A stretch of DNA of 64,000 nt from Hormiphora californensis (GCA_020137815.1 CM035350.1:2294001-2358000); one strand, 5' to 3'; positions 21,082 to 32,467 are shown, counted from the first letter of the stretch. Translations and numbers: made by a program. Notes: generated from the letters alone by a model not told the origin.

Positions 21082-22569
21082 CTACCCAGCCCTGACCCAT
21101 TTCACAGCAAGCCTGATAAGGTAGATGGTAATAATTGGTGTGAGGATGATATCCAGATATAGATACTGATACCAGGGCTGGTATCCAGGTAACAGACGGT
21201 GCCCACTGATCACAATATCCATATACCCCAATACCTGCTCCTCGGTAAGTCGTGTTGCTAGAATCTGTCTACTGATCGCCTCAATCCTCCTCTTGTATTC
21301 CGGTCCAGAAACTGCCATTATCTTCTCATAAATCTCCTCCTCATTTGACTCCCCCAACTTCTCAATAGCCTAGGCCGACACCACGGTCTACAAACTCGAT
21401 GGCATGTTTGTACTGGTCGGGTGCGAACTGGGGTGCAGCTAACATTGGCACACCAGCACACAGCCCCTCAATCTTACTGGCATACCCGGCATGCGTGAAG
21501 AACACCCTGGTGTTGGGGTGCTGTAGGAGGCTCTGTTGGGGTACCCAGGGGAAGGTTCTTATATTACCAGGTAGATTACTTAGTTTAGAGGTAGTCCTCC
21601 AGACAACATTAAAGGGGAGCCGGGAGAAGGCCTTCACTAACATCTCTTCCACATCACTTCGAAGATACTTGACGTGTGATCCCAGGACAAATAACACAAA
21701 TTCACCCTGTTCCACAAACTCTCTCAGTTCCCCTGTTATCTGGGTCTCATCGTATGGGGCGCAGAGAAGACCCCCCATAGGAATAACTCCAGGAGGTAGG
21801 ACGGTCGGGTAATCTGCCAGCATGTGCAGGTGGATAAATACAAGATCGACCTGCCGTTGAAGGGCGGTAAACCCTGGGTAGTCCTTGAAGCTTGACAGAT
21901 CCGGTCGATGTGTTACACGGACTAGAAACTCAATCAAATGGCCTAGATGGTCGTAAAACACACTTTTTGCACGGTCCATGATTGATGGTATTCGGGGTCA
22001 GAGCCAAAATTCTGGCCTAACGCGAAACCCGAGTCGAGGTTAAATGTTGCAAAGTTAGTCAGTACTCCTAGATTGCTACGTATTTTGGGGAAGACAGCAG
22101 GTGCCGGAAGATGGTAGGCGGTAGCATTAACACCCAGCTCCTGGAACATCGCTAAAGCACATTCATCCAGGACAGGTAACGCAAAGGTAAGACCAAAGTC
22201 AAACTTCCCCTTTCCACTACTTCGCAATTCTTTCACCACCGGTTCCGCAAGAAAATCATCGCAAAGAGTAAACAGTGTGCTTACTGTTTTAATCGCATTT
22301 ATCATGGTGCCATTTGGTTTGGTCATGTTGGACAACACGCTATTTCCCTTTACCTCCACATCCCTCATCTCCAGCTTCACAACACGCTCATCCAGGGACT
22401 TGGGAATATTGGTAGAGAGATATGTCACTTGGTGACCATGTCGAACCAGAACATTCGATAAGTGACCGGATACGGTCTGGTGAGACCCTCCACCGAATAC
22501 GTTCAGAACAAGAACGTTCCAGGATACGGTGACCGGAGGGAGCAATAAAAGAAGGGATAGAGCGAGCAT
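21082..22569 (-). pseudogene. UDP-glycosyltransferase copy 1 (frameshifted, or assembly errors)
   Basis: Near-identical to 23509-24993 but with a +2 indel at ~21990 and a +1 indel at ~21370; UGT signature FFTHAGYASKIEGLCAGVPM. Confidence 0.7.
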
Positions 22570-22925
22570 GGTAAATGCTAATGTAGGGAAAGATTTTGAG
22601 GTTAAATGAGTGACATTATTAAGAAAACGAAGCTTAGAAAAAATATATTTCAATGGTTCAATGGTTCAATGATTAAGAAAACGAAGCTAAGAAAAAATAT
22701 TTCAATGGTTCAATGGTTCAAGTTTCAAAATAACACTTCTATAAAAACGACAACCAATTTCTAAAGATATTTACATGCAATACAATATAATACTTATTTC
22801 ATTGTATGTAAATATCTTGTACATAGTAGTAAGAAACAAAAGAGAGTTAAAACACATTTCTATTTTACAGTCGGACTCCAATACACCGGGCTGCTAGGGA
22901 GAAAGGGCATTAACACGGTGCGATA

Positions 22926-23378
22926 CACTATGGGGTCAATTTCTCCCAATTTTGACACAAAACCTGCACCAGAGGCCCAGATTTGACCCAGATTAGTCCT
23001 CGTTGTGAGTTTTATGTGAATAAGCGAAACGTCAAACTGCACTTGCCTAAGTCTTATTAAATTTGGCCTTAGACTATCTAGTACAGCCCCTGATCATTTA
23101 GGTACCAAATATGTATAACCTTGGAATAGCTAGAAAAAAAACTATTTCATAGTTTTCAAATGGCTCTTATTCTATCATTTTGTAGATTATCGGTCTATGT
23201 TTGGTCTCATTTTGTGCGCAGGAATGATAGACCACATGTTACATTAGTTTCAATGGCCAGTAGACATAGGTATAGGCATTCACAGCGGCGTCTGTTTTGG
23301 GGGTCATTTCCTGCACTAAAAACGACGTATTTGCGAGAGCTTAAGTTCAGGAATATTGCGTGTATTGACCCCATAGTG
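22926..23378. mobile_element. Transib-like non-autonomous element
   Basis: 15-bp TIR CACTATGGGGTCAAT (CACWATG start) and 5-bp flanks CGATA/CAATA. The element is absent from the paralogous spacer at ~25229. Confidence 0.8.
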
Positions 23379-23508
23379 CAATATTCGTCCGTTGGGGTCA
23401 GACTGTAGTTATTTGGTCAACACACGGCTGAAATACTGAATAGAATAATTATGTTCCAATATATACACACACGTAGTACGAAGAGTTTACTTTCTGAAAA
23501 GATCTATT

Positions 23509-24993
23509 CTACCCAGCCCTGACCCATTTCACAGCAAGTCTGATAAGGTAGATGGTAATAATTGGTGTGAGGATGATATCCAGATATAGATACTGATACC
23601 AGGGCTGGTATCCAGGTAACAGACGGTGCCCACTGATCACAATATCCATATACCCCAATACCTGCTCCTCGGTAAGTCGTGTTGCTAGAATCTGTCTACT
23701 GATCGCCTCGACCCTCCTCTTGTATTCCGGTCCAGAAACTACCATTATCTTCTCATAAATCTCCTCCTCATTTGACTCCCCCAACTTCTCAATAGCTAGG
23801 CCGACACCACGGTCTACAAACTCGATGGCATGTTTGTACTGGTCGGGTGCGAACTGGGGTGCAGCTAACATTGGCACACCAGCACACAGCCCCTCAATCT
23901 TACTGGCATACCCGGCATGCGTGAAGAACACCCTGGTGTTGGGGTGCTGTAGGAGGCTCTGTTGGGGTACCCAGGGGAAGGTTCTTATGTTACCAGGTAG
24001 ATTACTCAGTTTAGAGGTAGTCCTCCAGACAACATTAAAGGGGAGCCGGGAGAAGGCCTTCACTAACATATCTTCCACATCACTTCGAAGATACTTGACG
24101 TATGATCCCAGGACAAATAACACAAATTCACCCTGCTCCACAAACTCTCTCAGTTCCCCAGTTATCTGTGTCTCATCGTATGGGGCGCAGAGAAGACCCC
24201 CCATAGGAATAACACCAGGAGGTAGGACGGTCGGGTAATCTGCCAGCATGTGCTGGTGGATAAATACAAGATCGACCTGCCGTTGAAGGGTGGTAAACCC
24301 TGGGTAGTCTTTGAAGCTTGACAGATCCGGTCGATGTGTTAGACGGACTAGAAACTCAATCAAATGGCCTAGATGGTCGTAAAACACACTTTTTGCACGG
24401 TCCATGATTGTAGTAGTGGGGTCAGAGCCAAAATTCCGGCCTAACGCGAAACCCGAGTCGAGGTTAAATGTTGCAAAGTTAGTCAGTACTCCTAGGTTGC
24501 TACGTATTTTGGGGAAGACAGCAGGTGCAGGCAGATGGTAGGCGGTAGCATTAACACCCAACTCTTGAAACATCGCTAAAGCACATTCATCCAGGACAGG
24601 TCTACCAATGGTAAGACCAAAGTCAAACTTCCCCTTTCCACTACTTCGTAATTCTTTCACCACCGGTTCCCCAAGAAAATCATCGCAAAGAGTAAACAGT
24701 GTACTCATATTTTTCATCACATGTATAATGGTTCTATTGGGATCGGTCATGTTGGACAACACGCTATTTCCCTTTACCTCCACATCCTTCATCTCCAGTT
24801 TCACAACACTTTCATCCAGGGACTTCGGAATATTGGCGGAGAGATATGTCACTTGGTGACCATGTCGAACCAGAACATTCGATAAGTGACCGGATACGGT
24901 CTGGTGAGACCCTCCACCGAATACGTTCAGAACAAGAATGTTCCAGGAGACGGTGACCGGAGGGAGCAATAAAAGAAGGGATAGAGCGAGCAT
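23509..24993 (-). CDS. UDP-glucuronosyl/glycosyltransferase copy 2, intronless
   Basis: 494 aa: signal peptide, GGSH catalytic His, WVPQQSLLQHP...THAG...EGLCAGVPM...DQ signature, C-terminal TM. Confidence 0.93.
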   Translation of the reverse strand: MLALSLLLLLPPVTVSWNILVLNVFGGGSHQTVSGHLSNVLVRHGHQVTYLSANIPKSLDESVVKLEMKDVEVKGNSVLSNMTDPNRTIIHVMKNMSTLFTLCDDFLGEPVVKELRSSGKGKFDFGLTIGRPVLDECALAMFQELGVNATAYHLPAPAVFPKIRSNLGVLTNFATFNLDSGFALGRNFGSDPTTTIMDRAKSVFYDHLGHLIEFLVRLTHRPDLSSFKDYPGFTTLQRQVDLVFIHQHMLADYPTVLPPGVIPMGGLLCAPYDETQITGELREFVEQGEFVLFVLGSYVKYLRSDVEDMLVKAFSRLPFNVVWRTTSKLSNLPGNIRTFPWVPQQSLLQHPNTRVFFTHAGYASKIEGLCAGVPMLAAPQFAPDQYKHAIEFVDRGVGLAIEKLGESNEEEIYEKIMVVSGPEYKRRVEAISRQILATRLTEEQVLGYMDIVISGHRLLPGYQPWYQYLYLDIILTPIITIYLIRLAVKWVRAG

Positions 24994-25357
24994 GGTAACT
25001 GCTAATGTAGGGAAAGAGTTTTTGAGGTTAAATGAGTGACGAAGCTTAGAAAAAATATTTCAATAGTTCAATTTTCAAAATACCATTTCTATCAAAACGA
25101 CTACTAATTTCTAAAGATATTTACATGCAATAAAATATAATACATAGTAAGAAATAAAAGAGAGTTAAAACACATTTATATTTTACAGTGATCGGACTCC
25201 AATACGCCGGGCTGCAGGGAGGAAGGGCAATATTCGTCCGTTGGGGTCAGACTGTAGTTATTTGGTTAACACACGGCTGTAAAACGTACTTGATTAGTTA
25301 TGTTCCAATATATACACACACGTAGTACGAAGAGTTTACTTTCTGATAATATCTATT

Positions 25358-26854
25358 CTACCCCCTGACCCATTTCACAGCAAGTCTGATAAGGTAGATG
25401 GTAATAATTGGTGTGAGGATGATATCCAGATATAGATACTGATACCAGGGCTGGTATCCAGGCAACAGACGGTGCCCACTGATCACAATATCCATATACC
25501 CCAACACCTGCCTCTCCGTCACAGTATTAGCTTCCATTTGTCGTGCAATAACCTTCATCTGTTCAGAGTGTTGTTCTATGGTCCTGTGTATCTTCCCCTC
25601 TATCTCCTCTACAGTGGGTCCAGTACTCATGAAGATACTCTCCGCCACCCCAATCTTGGTGTAGTGCCGGGCTGCAAGGAACTGATCGGCTGCAAACTGA
25701 GGAACTATAATCATCGGCACCCCCGCACAGAATGACTCAACCTTACTACCGATACCACCGTGGGTAATAAACAGCTTGATTTTGGGATGTTGGAGAAGGT
25801 GCTTCTGGGGTAACCACGGGAGAGTTATTATGTTGTCTGGTAGGGATGGGGAGTGGACGGTTTTCAGTTTCCACACCACTCTGTATGGTAGTTTTGAGAA
25901 TACTGAAATCCAAAGCTGTTCCTCTTCAGGTGTCATGGCAGCAAGAAGGCTACCAAAAGAAATGACAATAAACCCGTCAGAGTCGTCCAGGAAAGTTTTT
26001 AGTTTCTCTCCCAGTTTATCGGGCTGGTAGGGTGAACATAGAGCGCCCCCGACTCCGACAACCCCGGGTCCAAGAGGCTGGGGTCCATCAATTAAAGGGT
26101 GAAAGTGGGAGTGGTGAAACATCATTTTAACACTTCCATACACCACCTTCGGACCTGGATAATCAGGAAGGTGAGCCTTAATAGCTGGTTCGATGGCTAG
26201 TTTTGTGTAGGCTGTCTGAAAGACACTAAGCAGGTTTGATTTGACTACCTGTTTGAACCGCTCAACCCCTGATTCCCGAAGGTTACTCGGGTCAGCTATA
26301 GTCAACACATCAACATTGTGACTAGAAGCGTACAAAGGGATACCAAGGTATGTTAGATGGTAGGGAAACAGATTAGGTCCAGGAGCATGGATGATAGTGT
26401 TTTCAATCCCTAGATGATGTGCCAGCGCCAGACCACATGTATCAAACAGCGCGAAGGTGATAAAGAGATCAAACTTTCTAGTGTTCGTCTCAACAAGTCT
26501 CTGAACAGACTCCTCAGCGAGAAAGTTCCCGCACAGCCCAAAGAAGTTACCCAGTAGCCCGAAAACTTCACCCCAGCTGTACTTTCCTCCCCCCTCTTTG
26601 CCCTCGGTGGACGCCCTAATGACCATGTTACCCTTGGCCTCCGTAACGGGAAGTGGTAGTACGACTACCGCCTCGTGTAGACTGGGAACATTGGTGCTCA
26701 GATAGGTGACGTGGTGTCCATTCTCTGCGAGCAGGTTCGCCAGGTACACAGACACGGACTGGTGTGATCCCGTGGCAAAGGTATTGGATATGAGGACTCT
26801 CCAACTATCAGATGGAGAGGGAAGGAGGAAGAGAAGTAGTAAATAATATAACAT
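25358..26854 (-). CDS. UDP-glucuronosyl/glycosyltransferase copy 3 (divergent), intronless
   Basis: 498 aa: signal peptide, GSH, SFGS, WLPQKHLLQHP...THGG...ESFCAGVPM...ADQ, C-terminal TM. Confidence 0.93.
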   Translation of the reverse strand: MLYYLLLLFLLPSPSDSWRVLISNTFATGSHQSVSVYLANLLAENGHHVTYLSTNVPSLHEAVVVLPLPVTEAKGNMVIRASTEGKEGGGKYSWGEVFGLLGNFFGLCGNFLAEESVQRLVETNTRKFDLFITFALFDTCGLALAHHLGIENTIIHAPGPNLFPYHLTYLGIPLYASSHNVDVLTIADPSNLRESGVERFKQVVKSNLLSVFQTAYTKLAIEPAIKAHLPDYPGPKVVYGSVKMMFHHSHFHPLIDGPQPLGPGVVGVGGALCSPYQPDKLGEKLKTFLDDSDGFIVISFGSLLAAMTPEEEQLWISVFSKLPYRVVWKLKTVHSPSLPDNIITLPWLPQKHLLQHPKIKLFITHGGIGSKVESFCAGVPMIIVPQFAADQFLAARHYTKIGVAESIFMSTGPTVEEIEGKIHRTIEQHSEQMKVIARQMEANTVTERQVLGYMDIVISGHRLLPGYQPWYQYLYLDIILTPIITIYLIRLAVKWVRG

Positions 26855-27094
26855 TTCCTAAAAGGGTTAAATTAGTAAAAAAAGATAAAAAACGAAACAA
26901 ATTATAAGCTCTGCTAGAAAGGACTTCGAATTTGGAAATATGTAACACAAAGGGATAAGTGGATCCTCTTTCAAAGGTGTTCTCTCTTCCAATTCTTCCA
27001 AATAGTTGCTTTATTGATTCGATTTACTAGCAGAACTGCGGCGATCGTATTTATAGCTATCACAATCCCATCACAACTTAGTTAGAAGAAGCCC

Positions 27095-27863
27095 TTATAA
27101 ATCCTCTAGCATAATCTTTCCGAACTGTCCCTTGTTGAATGCCCGTAGGAAGGCCTCTGCTGCATTTACTATCCTAGGAGCCCCATTGTCATCTAGCATC
27201 CCTCTAGCACGTGCAAAGTAGGCTAGCACCTCATGTACATTGTTGGTGGGACCTGCCAGACCACACTGTCCCGCATATCTGAACTGTCCCTTCCTGTTCA
27301 ACCAATAGAGCAGGTAGTCCACGGTCTCGACATGGCCGGGGAACTTGTGAGGGATGGCCCCCACCACAGCTAACTTCATTGCAGCCTCAGTGCTCTCTGG
27401 ATGGGGCAAGTTAACCCCGGGAGTATCGAATATGTATACGTTGGGGTAAGTCAGGATCTTAACCTTGTTGGAAATGTTCCTAGTGACTCCCGGGTCGGGA
27501 CCAACTCTCAACTTGTTCGGGCTAGTGTCGTACTCCTTCTTGAAGGCGTTTATAAAGGAGCTCTTTCCACTGTTGGGCAACCCAGACACAAAGAACAAAT
27601 ATGAATCTTTCTTTGCAATTAGTTGATCTGCGTGAGCCATTGATATCCCGTCCTTTACAACGCGACGTAGCCTAGACAGCTTTTGCACCTGTAGATGGAG
27701 GGAGCAAATCAAAGAGAGAATGCACTGAATAAACAGTAGTATAGCATACCGCAGCGGTATGCTAAACTACTGTTTATTCAGTATTACCGCTAGGGAGGGA
27801 GAGAGAAAGTTAAGAGAAAGAGAGAGATATGGAGAGAAAGAGAGGGAGAGAGAGGGAGAGAGA

Positions 27864-27941
<78 letters not shown>

Positions 27942-28588
27942 CGCATAAATTGCTCTATGATACTTACACTATTCACCAAGGGAACAACAGGAATGGACTC
28001 AAGAGCAGTTATTCTCCGACATGCCGCATCAATCTCCTCTCTCGGAACTAGATCTGCTTTAGAAAGGACTAATATCCGTGGCTTATCCCCATATGACTGA
28101 AATGATAACAAGATTATTTGCAGGGGAAAAATGGACGGTAGCGGGTGGTGGCCGATCAATGATCTGTAGGAGATACACTTTTTATAGATCATGTTTAGTA
28201 CTCCGAGATATTATAACATTTTGTACGGGGGATTTAGTACTGTATATATATATTCTAGTACTGCGCTTACATTGTTTGCAATCCTGTTACGGGATGTGTA
28301 AGGTATCCTTGCATCGTGTATCTCTAACACGCAATCTGTAGCCCTCACCATCTGTGGAAATGTTGGAGGGAGTCGCATATTGTAACCAGGATATATTGAG
28401 CAAATGCATATAAAGATCTAAGATTCCTAAAGATTTCTAGGAGTAAAGTATTAATTTACCATTTGCATGCGCTTTAGTCCCTTGGACATATGACCTGGGA
28501 ACCAGCGTGTACAGTTGGGGGTCGGCGAGATTGTCTCTCGTGGGACGAACTCTTGAACAAGCTTCCGAGCTGCTTTACTTGATCTCAT
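27095..28588 (-). CDS. MTG1: Mitochondrial ribosome-associated GTPase 1 (RbgA/YlqF family)
   Basis: Exons ~28588-28460 (WFPGHM), ~28351-28270 (EIHDARIP), ~28120-27968 (LSKADL) and ~27689-27095 (GLPNSGKSS, PGVTR, DTPG); circularly permuted GTPase motif order. Confidence 0.9.
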
Positions 28589-28666
28589 TATCGCTATTGC
28601 TAGGTAGGAGGTTTATACATGGGTTGAGATCAGGTACGATAGACAAGGAAAGTAGAGATATATATT

Positions 28667-29341
28667 CTATGCAAAAGAAGGCAAACCAAACTCTGCTGGA
28701 TCAAATTCAGTGAGAGATTTCAGGACGGTGTCACATGGCGGGAGATCAGATAACCTTGGATCGGGTACCATTACACATCTCATCCCCGCAGCACGGGCAG
28801 CTAGGACACCGTTAGGTGCATCTTCCAACACTAGGCAACACTCAGGGCCGGCTGGCGGAGTTTTAAATCGTCCCATAGCAACCATGAATATATCAGGGTT
28901 TGGTTTCCCATGTTTCACCTCGGGATCATCAGACCTAACAGTAAACTCCATGGCGGCAAGTAAGTCCTGGTGGTTCCGTGTTTTCAACTCAAAATCCTGC
29001 GTTGAGCTGCCTGTAGCAATACACATGGGTATCCCCCGTCCTGCTAGCTGGTTGATCAGATCACCAGCCCCTGGTTTCACATCACATTTCAGGAACATCT
29101 CCTTGAGGTGAGCCATACTTTGTGACACCAGCTCCTCCGCAGTAAGGGGCACCTCCAGCTCCTCCCTAATCATCTCCATGGCAACGTGATACTTCCTGCC
29201 CATCACTTTCTGTTTGATCGCGTATGTGTATGTCAGGTTGAAGGGGTCCAGGACAGCCTGAATTGCCTGATCATATAGAATCTCTGTGTCCAGGATCAGC
29301 CCATCCAGATCAAAGATGACATGAGTTACGGCAGGATTCAT
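28667..29341 (-). CDS. PUDP: Pseudouridine-5'-phosphatase (HDHD1, HAD family), intronless
   Basis: VIFDLDGLILDTE (HAD motif I), ATGS, GKPNPDIF, LEDAPNG, VMVPD, EFGLPSF. Confidence 0.9.
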   Translation of the reverse strand: MNPAVTHVIFDLDGLILDTEILYDQAIQAVLDPFNLTYTYAIKQKVMGRKYHVAMEMIREELEVPLTAEELVSQSMAHLKEMFLKCDVKPGAGDLINQLAGRGIPMCIATGSSTQDFELKTRNHQDLLAAMEFTVRSDDPEVKHGKPNPDIFMVAMGRFKTPPAGPECCLVLEDAPNGVLAARAAGMRCVMVPDPRLSDLPPCDTVLKSLTEFDPAEFGLPSFA

Positions 29342-29534
29342 TGAATCTGGGTGATTTGGGGTTTAAAGGAGTACTAGACACGATAATTATTGAAACTCAA
29401 AGAATTAATAATCATAAACAAGCTCACAAATAATGAAAGATAAAATAATCAACTGAAAAGAACGAAAAAAATCAATAATGGAATTTAATTATTTCACACA
29501 GTTTTTTTGGTGATCAATTAATTTAAACTGTAAA

Positions 29535-30455
29535 TTAGCTGTAAAAAGAAAGTAGCTCATCACAATTAACCACTGATTGCGTCACTGGTTTCTTGTTCTC
29601 TTTCCCTCCATAGATCTGGCCCCCAACCATGTCTTGCTTTCTTGGTTTAGTACATTTCACCTTCCCACTTCCCAATCTATTATGTTTTGCCTTGTTAGAC
29701 CTCGGAGGGTAAATCAAAGGAAGATTTGGAGGGTATGGTAGATAAATCCTTTCTGGTTCCTCTGGATCCTTAGCTTGTTGGTAGAACGTGGCACAATCTG
29801 AAATAAGTTGTGGTAACTAACATTTTGGAGCAGCAATAATCTCTATTGTAGGTTTGGAGAATCAATCAAAATTCAAAACTGCCATTTTTGACAGGGTTTG
29901 AAAGGGTTTGATAGGGGGGTTGTATGTACTACAGTCGGACCCCGATTTAGTGGCACCCTCGGGGGAAAGGGGTTTGTCCACTAAATCGGGGTGTCCACTA
30001 AATCGGGGGTCAAAAACTGTTAATTTCCTATATCGGGGGAAGATTATCCTGCCACTAAATCGGGGTGCCACTAAATCGGGGGCCACTAAATCGGGGTCCG
30101 ACTGTAATATCATGATGGTCCTTAGCGCTTGCCAGCACTTTGCTTTGTCAAAATGTCATAGCGCTTGCCAGTTGCTTACTTTTCTTGTCGCTAGTAACTT
30201 GTCAAATGATCAGATCGGTTGAACAAAGGAGCAAGTTCACAGGGTCTGTACAACATGATTTGTACTACAGACATATCTAGATACCTTTAGGGTTGCCTCC
30301 CATCCAGCCTGTTACAATATCGTGCCCCCAGCTACTGTAATGTCCCGGAAAGGGGTAATAACGCTGCTGAGAAGTGTCTAGGATGGCAATCTCGAGGGAA
30401 GGTAATCCAGGAAGCAACTGCTCACATTTCAAACGTTCCTCCTTGGTAGCAGGAT
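29535..30455 (-). CDS. Uncharacterised spliced ORF (at least 2 exons), start not identified
   Basis: Exons 30455-30285 and 29797-29535 have AG/GT ends and join in frame (...WMGGNPK|DCATFYQ...LLSFYS*); no recognisable domain. Confidence 0.35.
29932..30104. mobile_element. Tc1/mariner-type MITE, TIR CAGTCGGACCCCGATTTAGTGG, TA TSD
   Basis: ta|CAGTCGGACCCCGATTTAGTGG...CCACTAAATCGGGGTCCGACTG|ta, with internal CCACTAAATCGGGG x4; a related end fragment lies at ~39965-39993. Confidence 0.9.
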
Positions 30456-31147
30456 CTATAAGATTTTAGGAAATTAGTAACTTGTTTTTGCTTTAGACTT
30501 TCATTTGCACTTTTTCACTTTTCAGTCATGCGCCAGACTTCGATCATCAATAAATATTTTGCCCAAAGTTGAGTATTTCGCTTCAATTTTTTTCCCTGCC
30601 CGGGTGAATTCATTATATCTATTTCACGGGAAAAGTTCTTCTTCGCTAATTTTGAATGTTGTTTCTCTTCGTATCGTGTGACCTGGTAATTCTGCAGTTG
30701 TTTCAAATCCATGGAGCCTTTAAACCAGAGTACATCAGTGTGTGCGAACTGCCACGATCAGTAAGTAAGGATTATGATTTATGGTATACTTCGAACTTAA
30801 TGCTATGCCGGTCCTCTCCCTCTTGATTTTAAAAACAAATGGCGAGAGGGATGGATCACTGCTTTTCTTTAAAAGTGGCATAACTAACACATTCAACATT
30901 TTATAAATTATGCGGGCGATTCCTTTGTTCTGAATTTACTTTATTTTTGTGATGCTGATATTATATTTTGTAAGTCTTATAATCTAGGGAGATGATTCTT
31001 TTCAAGTGAGATGATTCTTTTCAAGTGGGCTTCGTGAGCCGCTGTGCCACGTCAATGCTCCAGGGCTTCTATTTCTATTGTTCCTTGGTGTTGCTTGAGC
31101 GGCTGGTATGTTAGCAGACCCATGAGGGATAAGCCTGTAGTGTTACC

Positions 31148-32304
31148 TTTCTAACTTTTCAACACTACTTTAAACAAATTAATTTGAGCAATATGGCGAA
31201 GTAACAGCCCCAAAGGGCAGAACGAACGAGAATGGAAAAACGATCAAGCAGAGGAAACTAAACAAGGTTTAATATTCGATGTAACACGGTTCCTGACGTT
31301 GGCCAAGTGTGGAAAGAGCTCTGTTGCTGATAGTGTCAGAAAAACGATAAGGAGAAGTCCTGATTTTGATGACACTGAAATACCGGCAGAAATTAAAATC
31401 AATCCGGTACACACGAAGCGTGAGTTACAAATACTGATAGAAGAAATGTGTTGTGCGATCTTTCCAGTTCTAAAACACTTTCATCGTCATGTCTTTGCCG
31501 AGAAATCGCCTGAGATGGAGCTCAAAGAGGAGCGAGATGAACTGTTGAGAAAATCTGTTGAGTTGCAGGAGCAGGAGGAGAAGTTGAAAGTGGAGTGTGA
31601 TGATGTTTTGAGAAGAACTGTCAAGTTACAAGGAGCAGGTTATTGAGCTTCAGGGCGAGCAACTGCATCGAGTTACCGAGACGGTACAAAAGGATTTGCG
31701 TACTTTCTCAGCGGTCGTTACTCAGGATTGCAGGACTGCGTTTGCACCAAAAAAGATACAGAAAGCCGTGGAAAAAGTTACGCACAAGCCAGTAGATACC
31801 GGCCCAGACAGATCGAAAAATCTGATGGTGTTTGGTCTACCGGAATGTGAGGATGAAACTGAATCTATGTTAAAGGGTGAGATGGAAAATGTTTTGGCTG
31901 AGCTAGGCGAGAAACCGACGATAGAAGCTAAAAGGGTGGGTTTGAAATGGGGAGGAAGGGAGAGACCAGTGATTGTGAAGCTACAGAGTAAGGAAATGCT
32001 GCTGAGCCTTCTCCAGAAGGCAAAGCAGCTAAAACAGACAGAATCGTACTGCGGTGTATATCTTGCAAGGGATATGTCCTTCGCAGAGAGAAGTGAGAGG
32101 AGAGAACTCCACCAAACATTGAAGGAGTTGAGGGATTCGAATCCTGGAGGACAATTCCGGGTACGGAGAGGGGTGATAGACTTTACATAATGAACTCTAA
32201 TGAACTCTAATATCTTTTGGTGTCCCGATTTTTTGCCCACAAAAAGGGGCTAATTTATACAATTAAATTGTGTAAGTTATATAGAATTAATAATAATAAT
32301 AATA
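31148..32304 (+). mobile_element. ORF1-only non-autonomous LINE-like element (frameshifted ORF ~31193-32190)
   Basis: Coiled coil, then DRSKNLMVFGLPE, RPVIVKL and VYLARDMSFAER (LINE ORF1-type). About 100 bp of 3' UTR precedes a (TAA)n tail. Absent from the paralogous site at ~35414. Confidence 0.75.
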
Positions 32305-32467
32305 CCTTTATCAGGCTCGCTCATGAGTGCAAAGGGGTCTTACTATTAGCCTAGTAGTAAGACCCCTTAGGCCCTAACTTAGTACTAGGGCCTAAGAGGA
32401 GAGTTGAGAATTGCACTCTATCACCGTGTGCAGCAACGGCCTACGGATATCATCTGTTATTACAATA

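Noticed and set aside
21399-24238. Duplicated 137-aa plus-strand ORFs
   Set aside because: Antisense shadows of the duplicated UGT coding sequence.
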